Shown here piece by piece: positions 34,760 to 46,903 of a stretch of 64,000 bases of DNA (its first letter is position 1; each line of letters begins with the position of its first letter). The position numbers and the translations under genes were made by a program. The notes below the pieces were generated by a model. The model saw only the letters and a list, made by a program, of their open reading frames with translations, was not told the DNA's origin and did no database searches. Location of the stretch: positions 60,236,818 through 60,300,817 of the forward strand of contig NC_052152.1 of NCBI RefSeq assembly GCF_902713615.1, written 5' to 3'. The stretch is from Scyliorhinus canicula (lineage: Eukaryota).

Positions 34760-37330
34760 GCAATCGTGATAAAGCATTAGCATTTGCACACTGCTATGAC
34801 TTGTAATATTTTACATCGTAAGTGTGTGCCAACAATATCAATGACCACCGTTGCAATCTACCAGGTGCCAAAAAAGGTATACCTTTATACGGCCCAAAGA
34901 TTGTTGATCCATCAAAAGAGTAAAATAGCGCCCATAAAGATAATGGTGGAACATTTGTGCACCGAAGATGACGCTCAAAGGTTCTTTTTCTAGCTGAGCA
35001 TAATCCATTTCTGTGCCAGTAAGAGTATGTGAAGCAAATGCTATCTGTTGTTCCACTTCTGAAAGCATAATGTGCGATACAACTGCACCAACCCTAGAGG
35101 GTGTGCCATCATAAGCAAGTTGCAACTTCATCTTGGGATTATAAGAACCATTAGTCTGACTTCTGTAAAGCTTCTTTCACTTCATTCTATGCATTCTCAC
35201 ATTCTGACTAGTGCTATACCTGTTTGGCACATAGCGAAATGTATAAAGGCTTCAATCGTGCTTCTGAATTTGGTACAAATTTACCATAGTAATTTAGCAG
35301 TCCTAAAAATTACCTTAATTGTGTCACATTTTGAGGATGTGGTACTTCTAAGATTGCTGACATTTTCATTGGCTCCTTATGTAAGACATCTTTGTCGATG
35401 ATATTACCTAAATAATTTATGGATAACTTGAAACAGTCGCACTTTTCCTTTTTAACTCTCAGGTTGTGGTTCAGTAAACGCTTTAGGATAACTTCCAAAT
35501 TCTCCAAGTAATAATAAACTTTACAATCTTTATTAGTGTCACAATTAGGCTTACATTAACATTGCAATGAAGTTGCTGTGAAAACCCCCATGTCGGCACA
35601 CTTGGGTGCGGTGGGCGGCACGGTGACACAGTGGTTAGCATTGCTGCTTCACAGCTCCAGGGACCCGGGTTCAATTCCGGCCTCTGGTGACTCCCTGTGT
35701 GACATTTGCACTTTCACCCTGTACCTCGTGGGTTTCCTCCAGGTGCTCCAGTTTCCTCCCACAGTCCAAGAATGTTCAGGTTAGGTGGATTGGCCATGAT
35801 AAATTCTTGGTGTCCAAAAATGTTGGGTGGGGTTGCTGGGTTATGGGGATGGGGTGGAGGTGTGGGCTTGGGTAGGATGCTCTTTCAAAGGGCCGCTGCA
35901 GACACATGGAGAACGTGCAGACTCTGTACAGACAGTGACCCAAGCGGGATTTGACTCCAGGTCCCAGGTGCTGTGAAGCAACCGTGTGAACCACTGTTAC
36001 CATGCCGCCCAAGTGTTCTTTTCATTTGAACTGGTGATGAGTATGTTATTTAAATTACATTGCACTGCATTTAACCAACTTAGAATTTGATCCATGGCTC
36101 TTTGAAAAAGAGCAGGCGCAGATATTACTCCAAAAGGAAGTCTTCTGTAATCAAACAGACCTTTGTGCGTCGCTATTGTGAATAGCGACTGTGATTCGGC
36201 AGCCACATTCATCTGCAGATAGGCCTGTGAAAGATCAATTTTACTGAATTTCTGCCCTCCAGAAAGTCCAGCAAACAAGTCTTCAATCAGTGGCAGTGAA
36301 TAATGATCCGCGCACAATTCTGGGTTAATAGTAGTTTTTAAATCTCCACAACTTCTCACTGAGCCATCCCATTTTTCACGAGAACAACTGGTGTTGCCCA
36401 ATCACTTGTAGCAACAGGCTCAATGACTCCTGTTCATACTAGTCTTTCTAGTTCTTCTTCAACTTTAGTTTTTGATGATAAGTTGTCTCGGGCATCAACA
36501 ATACTGCTGGGCACTTTTTAATTTCATAGACTTTGAATTTTGGATATGTCTCAAAAAGCTGTTGATCGGCCACAATGACAAGACACCTAGCTTTAGCTCT
36601 TACAGTAACTCTGTTATGTTGTCCTTTGAGTGATTTTGAGCTTAATCCACTAATTGGTAGGTAAGACTAGATTGTTTAGTTGTAGTCTTCATTCTTGCTC
36701 ATTCTTGGTGTTGGAGAAGTTTTCTGAGCCCAATATGCCTTGGCAATATGGCCCTTCTTGCCGCAGTTCTTGCATGTATTGTTTTAATCCAGGATCCCCC
36801 TGCTGCGTGTCCAACCTTTGTTCATCAGTGACATGGTTTCAGCCTTGCTCGTTGTGGTATCCATTTTGTGGATCTTTACTCCAGCCCTGATCTGTGAAGC
36901 TTCTCTTATTTCTAGCTCCATTTGTGTAGCAACTTCCAGCACCACTTTTAGAGCCAAATCACTTACAGTAAGCAGCTTCCTCTGAATAGCTTCACTGTGG
37001 AGTCCAGAAACCAGCCTGTCACAAACAGTGTCATCAAGTGTTGCACCAAATTCTCAATATTTAGCTAACTTTCTAAAAGTTGCAATGAACTGTAAAATGC
37101 TTTCACCTTCTTCCTGTCTAAGGTGGTGGAACCAAAACCTTTCCACAATGGTCTAAGAGAGAAACGCCCCACTAATTTTCATTAATTCAATGTAGGACTT
37201 ATCTCCAGGTTTTGCTGGGTGAACTAAATTCTGTAGCAGCATAAACTTTTTATGCCCTACTGATCTGAGAATTGTTGTGACCGTTTAGGCCCTCTGGTGT
37301 CTGATTTGCTATGAGAAATAACTGGAGTCT
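34760..37330 (-). mobile_element. Third, degenerate Ty3/Gypsy internal region (gag, RT, RNase H)
   Basis: gag CDRLVSGLHSEAIQRKLLT (~36970-37025). RT DHYSLPLIEDLFAGLSGGQKFSKIDLSQAYLQ..RLPFGVISAPALFQRAMD. RNase H IAFASHTLT..YAQLEKE. Confidence 0.9.
35613..36010. mobile_element. Two HE1-like SINEs fused tail-to-tail (plus 35613-35900, minus 35895-36010)
   Basis: Plus-strand head at 35613 and reverse-complement head ending catgccgccc at 36010. Confidence 0.75.
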
Positions 37331-37526
37331 TTCCTGCCATTTTCGGATCCTGGCTCCTATGGTCTACAGTTCAAACAATTTCCTCTCTTCCAATTTTTAT
37401 GGAAAGTATGGCGTAAACGATCCCCTTTAACAAGCAACTAGAACTTTTTTTCCGTTTTGCCTGACTGTGGTTTGACTTTTCCCTCCAGTAGTGGCCTGTG
37501 CAGAGTTGGCAGAATCTCCATTTCTA

Positions 37527-37832
37527 TGATAATCTTTATTAGTGTCACAAGTAGACTTACATTAACACTGCAATTAAGTTCCTGCGAAAATCCCCTACTC
37601 GCCACACTATGGCGCTTATTTGGGTATACAGAGGCAGAATTCAGAATGTCCAGTTACCTAACAAGCATGTCTTTCGGGACTTTGTGGGAGGAAACCAGAG
37701 CACCCAGAGGAAACCCACGCAGACAGTGGGAGAACATGCAGTCCACACAGACAGTGACCCATGCTGGGAATCGATCCCTGGGTCCCTGGCATAATGAAGC
37801 AACAGTGCTAACCACTGTGCTACCGTGCCACC
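37527..37832 (-). mobile_element. V-SINE third variant
   Basis: Same as 20758-21045. Confidence 0.8.
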
Positions 37833-38535
37833 CATTTCTGCAGCCCGTTTAGCTTCGCTATGCGCATGGCCCTTGTAGCCTAGACCCCACTCACAACACA
37901 AGCTAGCCTTACTCACCGTTGCAGTTGTTCATTTTTGTTAAGCCGGCGGTATTTTGCCTGACGTCTATGTGTTTGTATGAGTCTGTGCTTGAGAATCTTC
38001 TGTTGCCTCTGATGCTGCCTCCACTGTTCAGTCAACAAAAAAAATTTTTTTTTAGTGATTTTGTTTTTCCTGCCTTAATTCTTGTTGTCTGTTTTCTCTT
38101 CTGTTACATTTCAGTGTGTCTGGCTGTTATATTTCTTTGTGACCACAAAGAGAGAAGGTAGCGAGGTGTCCACACTCTGAATTCTTTTAGAGGTCCATTA
38201 AGGGTGTTGCTCATACAATCAAAGATGGTCATCTGCCCAAAGACTGCGCGACACTCTGCTGAAGTAACTACATATAATACTAAACCAGCAGGAATATAGT
38301 CTCTGATACACACACACGACCAGATTCTCCTCTTTTTTTCCTTTATGGCAAAAAACGCTTCATACCACACAAACAACATTTCAAAACAAATTGAAGAAAT
38401 TAGAAATAAATAAATTATATTCTATAATCCGTACACCATTCCACAATACAGGATGCTCCTCTTCTCAGGCCTCCCATAGACTTTTTGTGCAAGCACTCCT
38501 TTTTATAAAGAAATGCAACAATTGATGACTTGCGA

Positions 38536-38890
38536 TGAGCAGCACGGTAGCATAGTGGTTAGCACAATTGCTTCACAGCTCCAGGGTCCCAGGGTCGATT
38601 CCCGGCTTGGGTCACAGTCTTTGCGGAGTCTGCACGTTCTCCCCGTGTGTGCATGGGTTTCCTTCGGGTGCTCCGGTTTCCTCCCACAGTCCAAAGATGT
38701 GCAGATTAGGTGGATTGGCCATGCTAAATTGCCCGTGGTGTCCAAAATTGCCCTTAGTGTTGGGTGGGGTTACTGGGTTATGGGATAGGATGGAGGTGTG
38801 GGCTTGGGTAGGGTGCTCTTTCCAAGAGTCAGTGCAGACTCGATGGGCCAGTGGCCTCCTTCTACACTGTAAATTCTATGATAATCTATG
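38536..38890 (+). mobile_element. HE1-like V-SINE, long variant
   Basis: Complete head, V-domain and tail. Confidence 0.9.
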
Positions 38891-41042
38891 ACCTGCAGAT
38901 TAGTAAAGACGGTAACCAGCGCCTGCACTGAGGTTGGATGTGGGACTTTTGGCGGATGAAGGGGTGTGTGAGCGGCTGAAGAAATGTATTTAGAGCTACC
39001 TGCAGGTCAATGACACGGGGGAAATGTCAGCAGCAGTGGTGTGGGAAGCACTGAAGGCGGTCAGAGGGGAGCTGATCTCAATCCGGGCCCATGGGGAGAG
39101 GGTGGACAGGGCGGAGATGGAGAGACTGGTAAAGAAGTTACTACAGATTGATAGGAGGTATGCGAAGCCCCCAGAGGCAGGGCTTTTAAGGGAACGGCAG
39201 AGGTTACAGGCAGAGTTTAGCTGAGAAAGGCGAGGGGGACGATCTATGAACATGGAGAGAAGGCCAGCAGAATGCTTGCACAACAGCTTAGGAAGAGGGA
39301 GGCAGCTAGGGAGATAGGGAAACTAAAGGACGGAGATGGGAACCTGGTTGGTGATTTAGTCGGGCTGAATAAGGCGTTTAGAGATTTCTACGGAAATTTC
39401 TACGGAACCCCCTACGGGGTCAGAGGAGATGAGGCACTTCTTGGAGGGGCTGAATTTCCCAAAGGTGGACTGGGAGCGGGTAAAAGGGCTGGGGGCCCCA
39501 ATCGGGCTGGAGGAGGGCTTGAAGGCCATGCAGGCGGGTAAGGCCCCGGGTCCGGAGGATACCCAGTGGACTTTTATAAAAAGTTCTCGGGGATATTGGG
39601 GCCGGTGTTGTTAAGGATTTCAATGAGGCACAGGGTTTCACTCTATGCGGATGACTTGCTTCTGTACGTTTCGGACCCAATAGAGGGGATGGAGGAAATC
39701 ATGAGGACTCGAGGGGAATTTGGCTGGTTTTCGGGGTATAAGCTTAATATGGGAAAGAGTGAGATGTTTGTGGCCCAGGAGAGGTGACTGGGAGAGCTGC
39801 CGTTTAGGTTAGTAGAAGGAAGCTTTAGGTACCTAGGCATCCAAGTGGCGCGTGAAAGGGACCGGCTGCATAAATTGAATCTGGCCCGGCTGGTGGACCA
39901 AATGAAGGACGGTTTTCGGAGATGGGACGCGCTTCCATTGTCTCTGGCTGGGAGGGTGCAAACGGTGAACATGACGGTCCTCCCGAGATTTCTATTTGTA
40001 TTTCAGTGTCTCCCCATCTTTATTCCGCGGTCCATTTTTAAGTGGGTCAACAGAGTGATCACGGACTTCGTCTGGGCGGGCACGACCCCGCGAGTAAGGA
40101 AAGTAATGTTTGAGCGGAGTCGGGGAGAGGGCGGGCTGGCGCTGCCAAATTTTAGCAACTAGTACTGGGTGACTAATATAGCCATGATCAGGAAGTGGGT
40201 GGTGGGGAAGGGGTTGGCTTGGGTGCGTATGGAGGTGGCTTCATGTAAGGGCACCAGTTTGGGGGCGTTGGTAACTGCGCCTCTGCCGTTCCCGCCGGCA
40301 CAGTACTCCACCAGCCCTGTGGTAGTGGCAGTCCTGAGAGTTTGGGGCCAGTGGAGGCGGCATGTGGGAGCAGTGGGAGCATCGGTCTGGGCCCCAATCT
40401 GTGATAATCACCGGTTTGCCCCAGGGAGTATGGACAAGGTTTACGGTTATGGCGGAAAGCGAGGATTGAGAGGATGGGGGATTTGTTTATAGAGGGGAAC
40501 TTTCCGAGGGCGCTGGAGGAGAAGTTTGGGTTGGCGAAGGGAAACAAATTCAGGTATCTGCAGGTGCAGGACTTCCTTCGTAAACGGGTGTCAACCTTCC
40601 CGCTCTTATCGCTAAGGGGGATTCAGGACATGGTAGTTCCTAGAGGGTTGGTAGGAGAAGAAGGGAGCATCTCGGTCATTTATAAGGAGCTCATGGGGTC
40701 GGAGGAGACGTAGACTGAGGAGCTGAAGCGCAAGTGGGAGGAGGAGCTGGGAGGAGAAATAGAGGATGGTCTATGGGCAGATGTGTTGAGTAGAGTCAAT
40801 GCGTCTGCATCATGTGCCAGGCTCAGCCTGATACAATTTAATGTTGTTCACCGGGCTCACATGACAGTGGCCCGGAAGAGCAAATTCTTTGGGGTGGAGG
40901 ACATGTGCGCAAAATGTGCACCATGTCCACATGTTTTGGACATGTCCTAAGCTTAGGGGATTTTGGCAGTGGTTTGCGGACGTCATGCCACAGTGTTAAA
41001 AGCAAGAGTGGCGCTGAACCCAGAGGTCGTGATTTTCGGGGT

Positions 41043-41237
41043 GTCACCCAGTACTAGTTGCTAAAATGTGGCAGCGCCAGCCCGCCCTCTCCCCGACTCC
41101 GCTCAAACATTACTTTCCTTACTCGCTGGGTTGTGCCCGCCCAGACGAAGTCCGTGATCACTCTGTTGACCCACTTAAAAATGGACCGCGGAATAAAGAT
41201 GGGGAGACACTGAAATACAAATAGGAATCTCGGGAGG
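41043..41237 (-). repeat. Inverted duplicate of 39979-40173
   Basis: Reverse complement matches with about 4 substitutions, including the shared in-frame TAG after FSN. Confidence 0.9.
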
Positions 41238-41454
41238 GGGGGGGGCGGGGGGGCGGGCGGGGCGGGGGGCGGACGGAGGGGGGGAGGCCGGAGGGGGGTG
41301 GCGGAGGGGGCCGCCCTGGGGGAGGGCGGCCACCGCGCATGCGCTGGTTGGCACCTGCCCAACTGCGCATGCGCGGGACCCGAGTCTCTGGCGCCCCCTA
41401 GCACATGGCACCCCGGGCGACTGCCCAAGTTGCCGGTACCTTGGGCCGGCCCTG
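41238..41454. mobile_element. Orphan end of a hAT-type DNA transposon
   Basis: GC-rich segment ending GGGCCGGCCCTG (reverse complement CAGGGCCGGCCC, typical of hAT TIRs); no partner end seen. Confidence 0.55.
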
Positions 41455-41665
41455 GTTAGGGGGTCAATAAGGGTGGGACCTGTACGAGAGGTAAATGGCT
41501 TTCGCACTATGTTTATGATTTAATGTATGTTGTTTATTTTGTTGTTGTCACTGTACCAAAATTACCTCAATAAAATGTTTATTAAAAAAAAATGATTGTA
41601 CACTTAAATTGATTTATAAGGTTTACTATAGAAGTTGAAGTATGCCACAAATTATTTGTTTCAAA

Positions 41666-41702
41666 TCACTAGCTTTCGGAGCACTGCTCCTTCCTCAGGT
41701 GA
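41666..41702 (-). ncRNA. Minimal type I hammerhead ribozyme (intact core)
   Basis: tcac-CTGAGGA-aggagc agt gctcc-GAAA-gc-TA-gtga: stem I tcac/gtga, stem II ggagc/gctcc, palindromic GC loop III. Confidence 0.8.
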
Positions 41703-42264
41703 ATGAAGAGGTGGGCATAAGAAACATATATATAGACAAAGTCAAAGATGCAAGACGATACTTTGAATGCAAGTCTTTGCAGGTAATTAAGTCTCCAGGT
41801 CCAGGCGGAGCAACTGGAGAGAGGGATAATCACAGGTTAAAGAGGTGTAAATTGACTCCAGTCAGGACAGTTGGTAGGATTTCGCAATCCCAGGCCAGAC
41901 GGTGGGGGGTGAATGTAATGCGACATGAATCCAAGGTCGCGGTTGAAGCTCATGTGTGCGGAACTTAGCTATAAGTTTCTGCTCGGCGATTCTGCGTTGT
42001 CGCGTGTCCTGAAGGCCGCCTTGGAGAACGCTTACCCGGAGATCAGAGGCTGAATGCCCTTGACTGCTGAAGTGTTCCTCGACTGGAAGGGAACATTCCT
42101 GCCTGGCAATTGTGGCGCGATATCCGTTCATCCATTGTCGCAGCGTCGGCATGGTCTCGCCAATGTACCACGCTTCAGGACATCCTTTCCTGCAGTGTAT
42201 GAGGTAGATAATGTTGCATCTTTGACTTTATCTATATATATGTTTCTGGAAACCACCTCTTCAT

Positions 42265-42300
42265 TCACCTGAGGAAGGAGCAGTGCTCCGAAACTAGTGA
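42265..42300 (+). ncRNA. Minimal hammerhead ribozyme copy (1-nt loop III deletion)
   Basis: tcacCTGAGGAaggagcagtgctccGAAActagtga. Confidence 0.65.
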
Positions 42301-42671
42301 TTCGAAACAAACCTGTTGGACTTTAGGCCTGTGTTGTAAGACCTCTTACTGTGCTCACCCCAGTCCAACGCCGACATCGCCACATCACAAATTATTTGGA
42401 TTAAGTGCATGTCTGACTTTTTAAAATATGCTCAAATTAAATGAAATTTATATGTTGAATCTTCAGTAATACCCCAGCTTACTGAGGGGAAGTGTGCATG
42501 TTGCTCATATATTATTTACCATTTGATCAAGAAAGAAATGTAGTGAAGGGTGTGTGTATTGTTTATTAGCTCAAGGCTTTTGTAGACATATTTGTTCAGC
42601 TTAATTTAGTTTAAATTGTTAAATTAGGAGTATAGTATTTTTTGTGCTTCTCTTGAGTTCTGCACCCCTGA

Positions 42672-43017
42672 AGGCAACGGTAGCATTGTGGTTAGCACAG
42701 TTGCTTCAGAGCTCCAGGGTCCCAGGTTCGATTCCCGGCTTGGGTCACTGTCTGTGCGGAGTCTGCACATTCTCCCCGTGAGTGCGTGGGTTTCCTCCGG
42801 GTGCTCCGGTTTCCTCCCACAGTCCTAAGATGTGCATGTTAGGTGGATTGGCCATGCTAAATTGTCCTTGGTGTCCAAAGTTTCCCTTAGTGTTGGGTGG
42901 GGTTATGGGGATAGGGTGGAGGTGTGGACCTTGGGTAGGGTGCTCTTTCCAAGAGCCGGTGCAGACTCGATGGGCCGAATGGCCTCCTTCTGCACTGTAA
43001 CTTCTATCTATCTATCA
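42672..43017 (+). mobile_element. HE1-like V-SINE, long variant
   Basis: Complete, (tcta)n tail. Confidence 0.9.
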
Positions 43018-43522
43018 ACCGGTGCCAAGGTGGTATTGTTCAAATAGCAATGGTAGTTTTCAGGTAGCACTCTCTGCTGGCTGTTGTTCATCCGTGAGTC
43101 TGGGCAGCGGATTAAAAATAGGCCTATCTCAACATATTCTTCAGCACTGACTTACAGATCCGCGGTCCGCGAGAAGATTTCAAGAGATCTGCAAAATTGC
43201 CAGAAAACAGAGCAGAAAAAATACCTCGCCCGATATTAGACTAATCGGAACCTGAGTCAGAACAAGCGGAAGTCAAGATGCCGTGTTATTCAAAGGATGC
43301 CGTCAAATGAGTGAATCAGAGCTGTGATACCTCTGTCTTTGCACAAGTTTTGGGTGAATTGTGGAGGTGGGGAAAAGCAAGTTGGTCCACATGCAATGTA
43401 GCAGTGCATGTTTGGACTGAGTGCGAAGGAAGACCCTGGAGGGGGTGGACCATACTGAGTCTTTGCCTGGCGAACGTCACTATAAGGCAATGCCAAAGAG
43501 AGGGAGTGAGACTTGTTTCTCC

Positions 43523-43687
43523 AGCACAGTAAGAAGTCTTACAACACCAGGTTAAAGTCCAACAGACCTGAGGAAGGAGCAGTGCTCCGAAAGCTAGTGT
43601 TTGAAACAAACCTGTTGGACTTTAACCTGGTGTTGTAAGACTTCTTACTGTGCTCACCCCAGTCCAACGCCGGCATCTCCACATCAT
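43523..43687 (+). mobile_element. Penelope terminal-repeat remnant: ~43-bp perfect inverted repeat enclosing a hammerhead core (43566-43599)
   Basis: agcacagtaagaagtcttacaacaccaggttaaagtccaacag (43523-43565) and its reverse complement (43612-43654). Confidence 0.85.
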
Positions 43688-43954
43688 GTTTCCCCAGCGA
43701 CATGATTATATGGAAAATCATTTGGCAAAAAGCTCTGTCCTTGTTTCCCCGCGTTTCCAATTTCTCTTCCGTTCCTGCATGTGATTTCACTCTCCTAATC
43801 TCCATTTAATTTCTCAGCTCTTTGATTTTCTTATCCTCCCCTTGCATTATGTCTTGATAATTTATTTCATGGGCTTCAAAAATTTATCATGCCGCCCAAA
43901 TTGCAACTTCTAGCAGTTACGGCGCCTGTAATCGTGATGTCTGATGTTGTTCCT

Positions 43955-44290
43955 TTTATTTAATTCGTTCATGGGATGTGGGCGTCGCTGACTGTGCCAG
44001 CATTATCCCTGAGGGCATTTAAGAGTCAGCCACATTGCTGTGGATATGGAGACACATGTAGGCCAGACCAGGTAAGGACCACCCATACCTTTCCCTAAAG
44101 GACATCAGTGAACCAGATGGGTTTTTATGACAATATTCATGGTCATCTTTAGACTTTTAATTCCAGATATTTATAGAATTCAAATTTCACCATCTGCCAT
44201 GTTGGGATTCCAACCCGGATCTCCAGAGCATGACTTTGAGTCTTTGGATTACTCGTCCAGTGACAATACCGCTACGTCACTGCCTCCGGC
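43955..44290 (-). mobile_element. DeuSINE/SacSINE1-like SINE
   Basis: Reverse complement of the 20200-20735 family. Confidence 0.75.
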
Positions 44291-44696
44291 TGGTAAACCA
44301 GATCTGGATGTTGGAAGTATCCTGGGGAAAACTGGGCAAATGAGGACAACATTAGTGCACCCAAATATTTATTGTAAAATACATAGGAACCTGGCAATAT
44401 AATGTTATATATAAAAATGATGTATTAAATCTCTTTTTTCCTAATGGAAACTGTCCCCTGTTTGGTCAGATTATTGCTCACAATTTGATCTCCTCCACAT
44501 TAAGGTGACCAAACTCAGAGCTTATCATTTGAATTTTTTACCTTGCTTTCTTTCACTCTTGATCTTTCTGTCCTTGGTCTGCTAAAATTGTACCAGTGAA
44601 GCTTAACACCAGGTTGAACAACAGCACCACTTCTTTTGAATCAGCTGTCTACAAACCTTCTGGACTGTGTTTAATAATTTTAGATCATAATTTGGC

Positions 44697-44880
44697 AGGG
44701 GCTGTTTAGCTCACAGGGCTAATCGCTGGCTTTGAAAGCAGACCAAGGCAAGCCAGCAGCACAGTTCGATTCCCGTAACAGCCTCCCCGGACAGGCGCCG
44801 GAATGTGGCGACTAGGGGCTTTTCACAGTAACTTCATTTGAAGCCTACTTGTGACAAGTGATTTTCATTTTCATTTCATT
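44697..44880 (+). mobile_element. Short tRNA-headed SINE
   Basis: Same family as 6307-6515. Confidence 0.85.
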
Positions 44881-45011
44881 AATTTCTGCCTACGATTTTC
44901 CTTGTTGGTTCAATTTGGTCTTGTTTCTTTCTTTATTCCGTCATGTTGAATTTGAACAGCTGCTATGCAGCCCATTTCACACCACCTCAAGATACATCTT
45001 CCTCTTCAATA

Positions 45012-45245
45012 TTTTTTTTGTTTTTGTTTTAAATTTAGAGTACTCAATTCATTTTTTCCAATTATGGGGCAATTTAGCGTGGCTAATCCACCTACCCTGC
45101 AAATCTGTGGGTTGTGGGGGACAAAACCCATGCAAACACGGGGAGAATGTGCAAACTCCACATGCAGTGACCCAGAGCCGGGTTGAACCTGGGACCTCGG
45201 TGCTGTGAGGCAGCAGTGCTAACTACTGCACCACTGTGCTGCCCC
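45012..45245 (-). mobile_element. HE1-like short SINE
   Basis: TSD-like ttcaatattt on both sides. Confidence 0.85.
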
Positions 45246-45502
45246 CTTTTCAATATTTCCATTAGTGCTTCCTTTGGCTTCCTTTACCTTGAAACCTTTC
45301 ACGAAACCTTTTTGTCAAATAATCTTTCCTGCCCTTTTGTTCTTCCTGCACTCTCCTACTTGCACAAAATCTTCTACATTTTTTCTTTCCTCTGTTCCAT
45401 AGGAACATGGGAGCAGGAGTAGGTCATTCAGTCTGTCGAGCCTGCTCCACCATTCAATTAGATCGTGACTGTTCATCTCGCACCACTTTCTCACATTATC
45501 CC

Positions 45503-45758
45503 TGTAATAACCTGCATGGAGCACACGGGGTTGCCTTGATTGTTTTCCCTGTATGGCTCGAAGTATGAGCTTCCCTGCTAACTACGGGGTATTACCATTT
45601 GTATATAAGGTCGACCAAATAGGAACCGACCGACCCGCGGAGAGCGAGGACCCAGTAAAGTCTGACTGGCCCCTTTGTACATAGTACGTATTATAAATAG
45701 ACGTCTTCTCAACATTACTCATTAGACTCCTTTTCACCTTTATTAACTGGCGTTGCAG
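45503..45758 (+). mobile_element. Probable LTR fragment
   Basis: Starts TGTAATAACC abruptly inside an old CR1 tail; CpG-rich with a TATATAA box; 3' end not found. Confidence 0.4.
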
Positions 45759-46395
45759 ATAGAACATAGAACATAGAACAGTACAGCACAGAACAGGCCC
45801 TTCGGCCCTCAATGTTGTGCCGAGCCATGATCACCCCATTTAAACCCACGTAACCCGCATACCCGTAACCCAACAATCCCCCCATTAACCTTACACTACG
45901 GGCAATTTAGCATGGCCAATCCACCTAACCCGCACATCTTTGGACTGTGGGAGGAAACCGGAGCACCCGGAGGAAACCCACGCACACACAGGGAGGACGT
46001 GCAGACTCCACACAGACAGTGACCCAGCCGGGAATCGAACCTGGGACCCTGGAGCTGTGAAGCAATTGTGCTATCCACAATGCTACCGTGCTGCCCTTAA
46101 GAACAAATTAATCTACACTCCATTATTCTACCATAATCCATGTACCTATCCAATAGCCGCTTGAAGGTCCCTAACGTTTCTGACTCAACTACTTCCACAG
46201 GCAGTGCATTCCATGCCCCCACTACTCTCTGAGTAAAGAACCTACCTCTGACATCCCCCCTATATCTTCCACCATTTACCTTAAATTTATGTCCCCTTGT
46301 AATGGTTTGTTCCACCCGGGGAAAAAGGTCTCCGACTGTCTACTCTATCTATTCCCCTGATCACCTTATAAACCTCTATCAAGTTGCCCCTCATC
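45759..46395 (-). mobile_element. CR1 ORF2 C-terminus directly followed by a full-length HE1-like SINE
   Basis: ORF 46097..46315 (TRGHKFKV..RFFTQRVVGAWNALP) ends at TAA immediately before the SINE head gggcagcacggtagc; (tgttcta)n tail at 45759. Confidence 0.9.
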
Positions 46396-46402
46396 AGGGG
46401 CA

Positions 46403-46576
46403 TCGTGTTTCAAACACGAACTTTCGGAGCACTGCTCCTTCCTCAGGTGAATCGAGCAGTGCTGCGAAAGCTCGTGTTTGAAACAAACCTGTTGGACTTT
46501 AACCTGGTGTTGTAAGACTTCTTACTGTGCTCACCCCAGTCCAACACCGGCATCTCCACATCATGGCTACCATCGA
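46403..46576. mobile_element. Penelope terminal-repeat remnant with head-to-head hammerhead copies
   Basis: Minus copy 46415-46450 and truncated plus copy 46454-46476, followed by the terminal sequence. Confidence 0.8.
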
Positions 46577-46903
46577 CACTCCATTCATAAGGTCAAGGAT
46601 TCCATAACTGTCAACATCCTTGTCTAGGAAAGATATGTCAATCTCATATTTAAAATTATTACTGCTGTTGATTTTTATGGAGAAAGTTTCACTCTTCTAC
46701 TTCCCTTTCCATGTCAGTGTTTCTTAATTTCTCTCCTGAATAGCCTAGCTCTGATTATATCCCCTTGCCCTAGAGATCCCACCAGTAGAAATGGGTAAAT
46801 GGATGGCAAATCAAATGTAATTGAATACTAATAAAAAACGATGGCATTGCACATTCATGTCATGTGTGCTCTGCCCAAAGGCAGGTCCTTGGCTCATTAT
46901 TAT

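Larger units (their letters stand above)
38930..41592 (+). mobile_element. L1/Tx1-like LINE ORF2, internally deleted and rearranged
   Basis: VVWEALKAVRGELIS, GKAPGPE, HRVSLYADDLLLY, SGYKLNMGKSE, LSLAGRVQTVNMTVLPRFLF, GGLALPNF, HMFW; aataaa and poly(A) at 41569-41592. Confidence 0.9.
41659..42385 (-). mobile_element. 5'-truncated Penelope element with inverted terminal-repeat copy
   Basis: GIY-YIG C-terminus (ORF 41862..42152); 41655-41753 inverted at 42213-42310; 13-bp flanking duplication cacaaattatttg. Confidence 0.95.
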
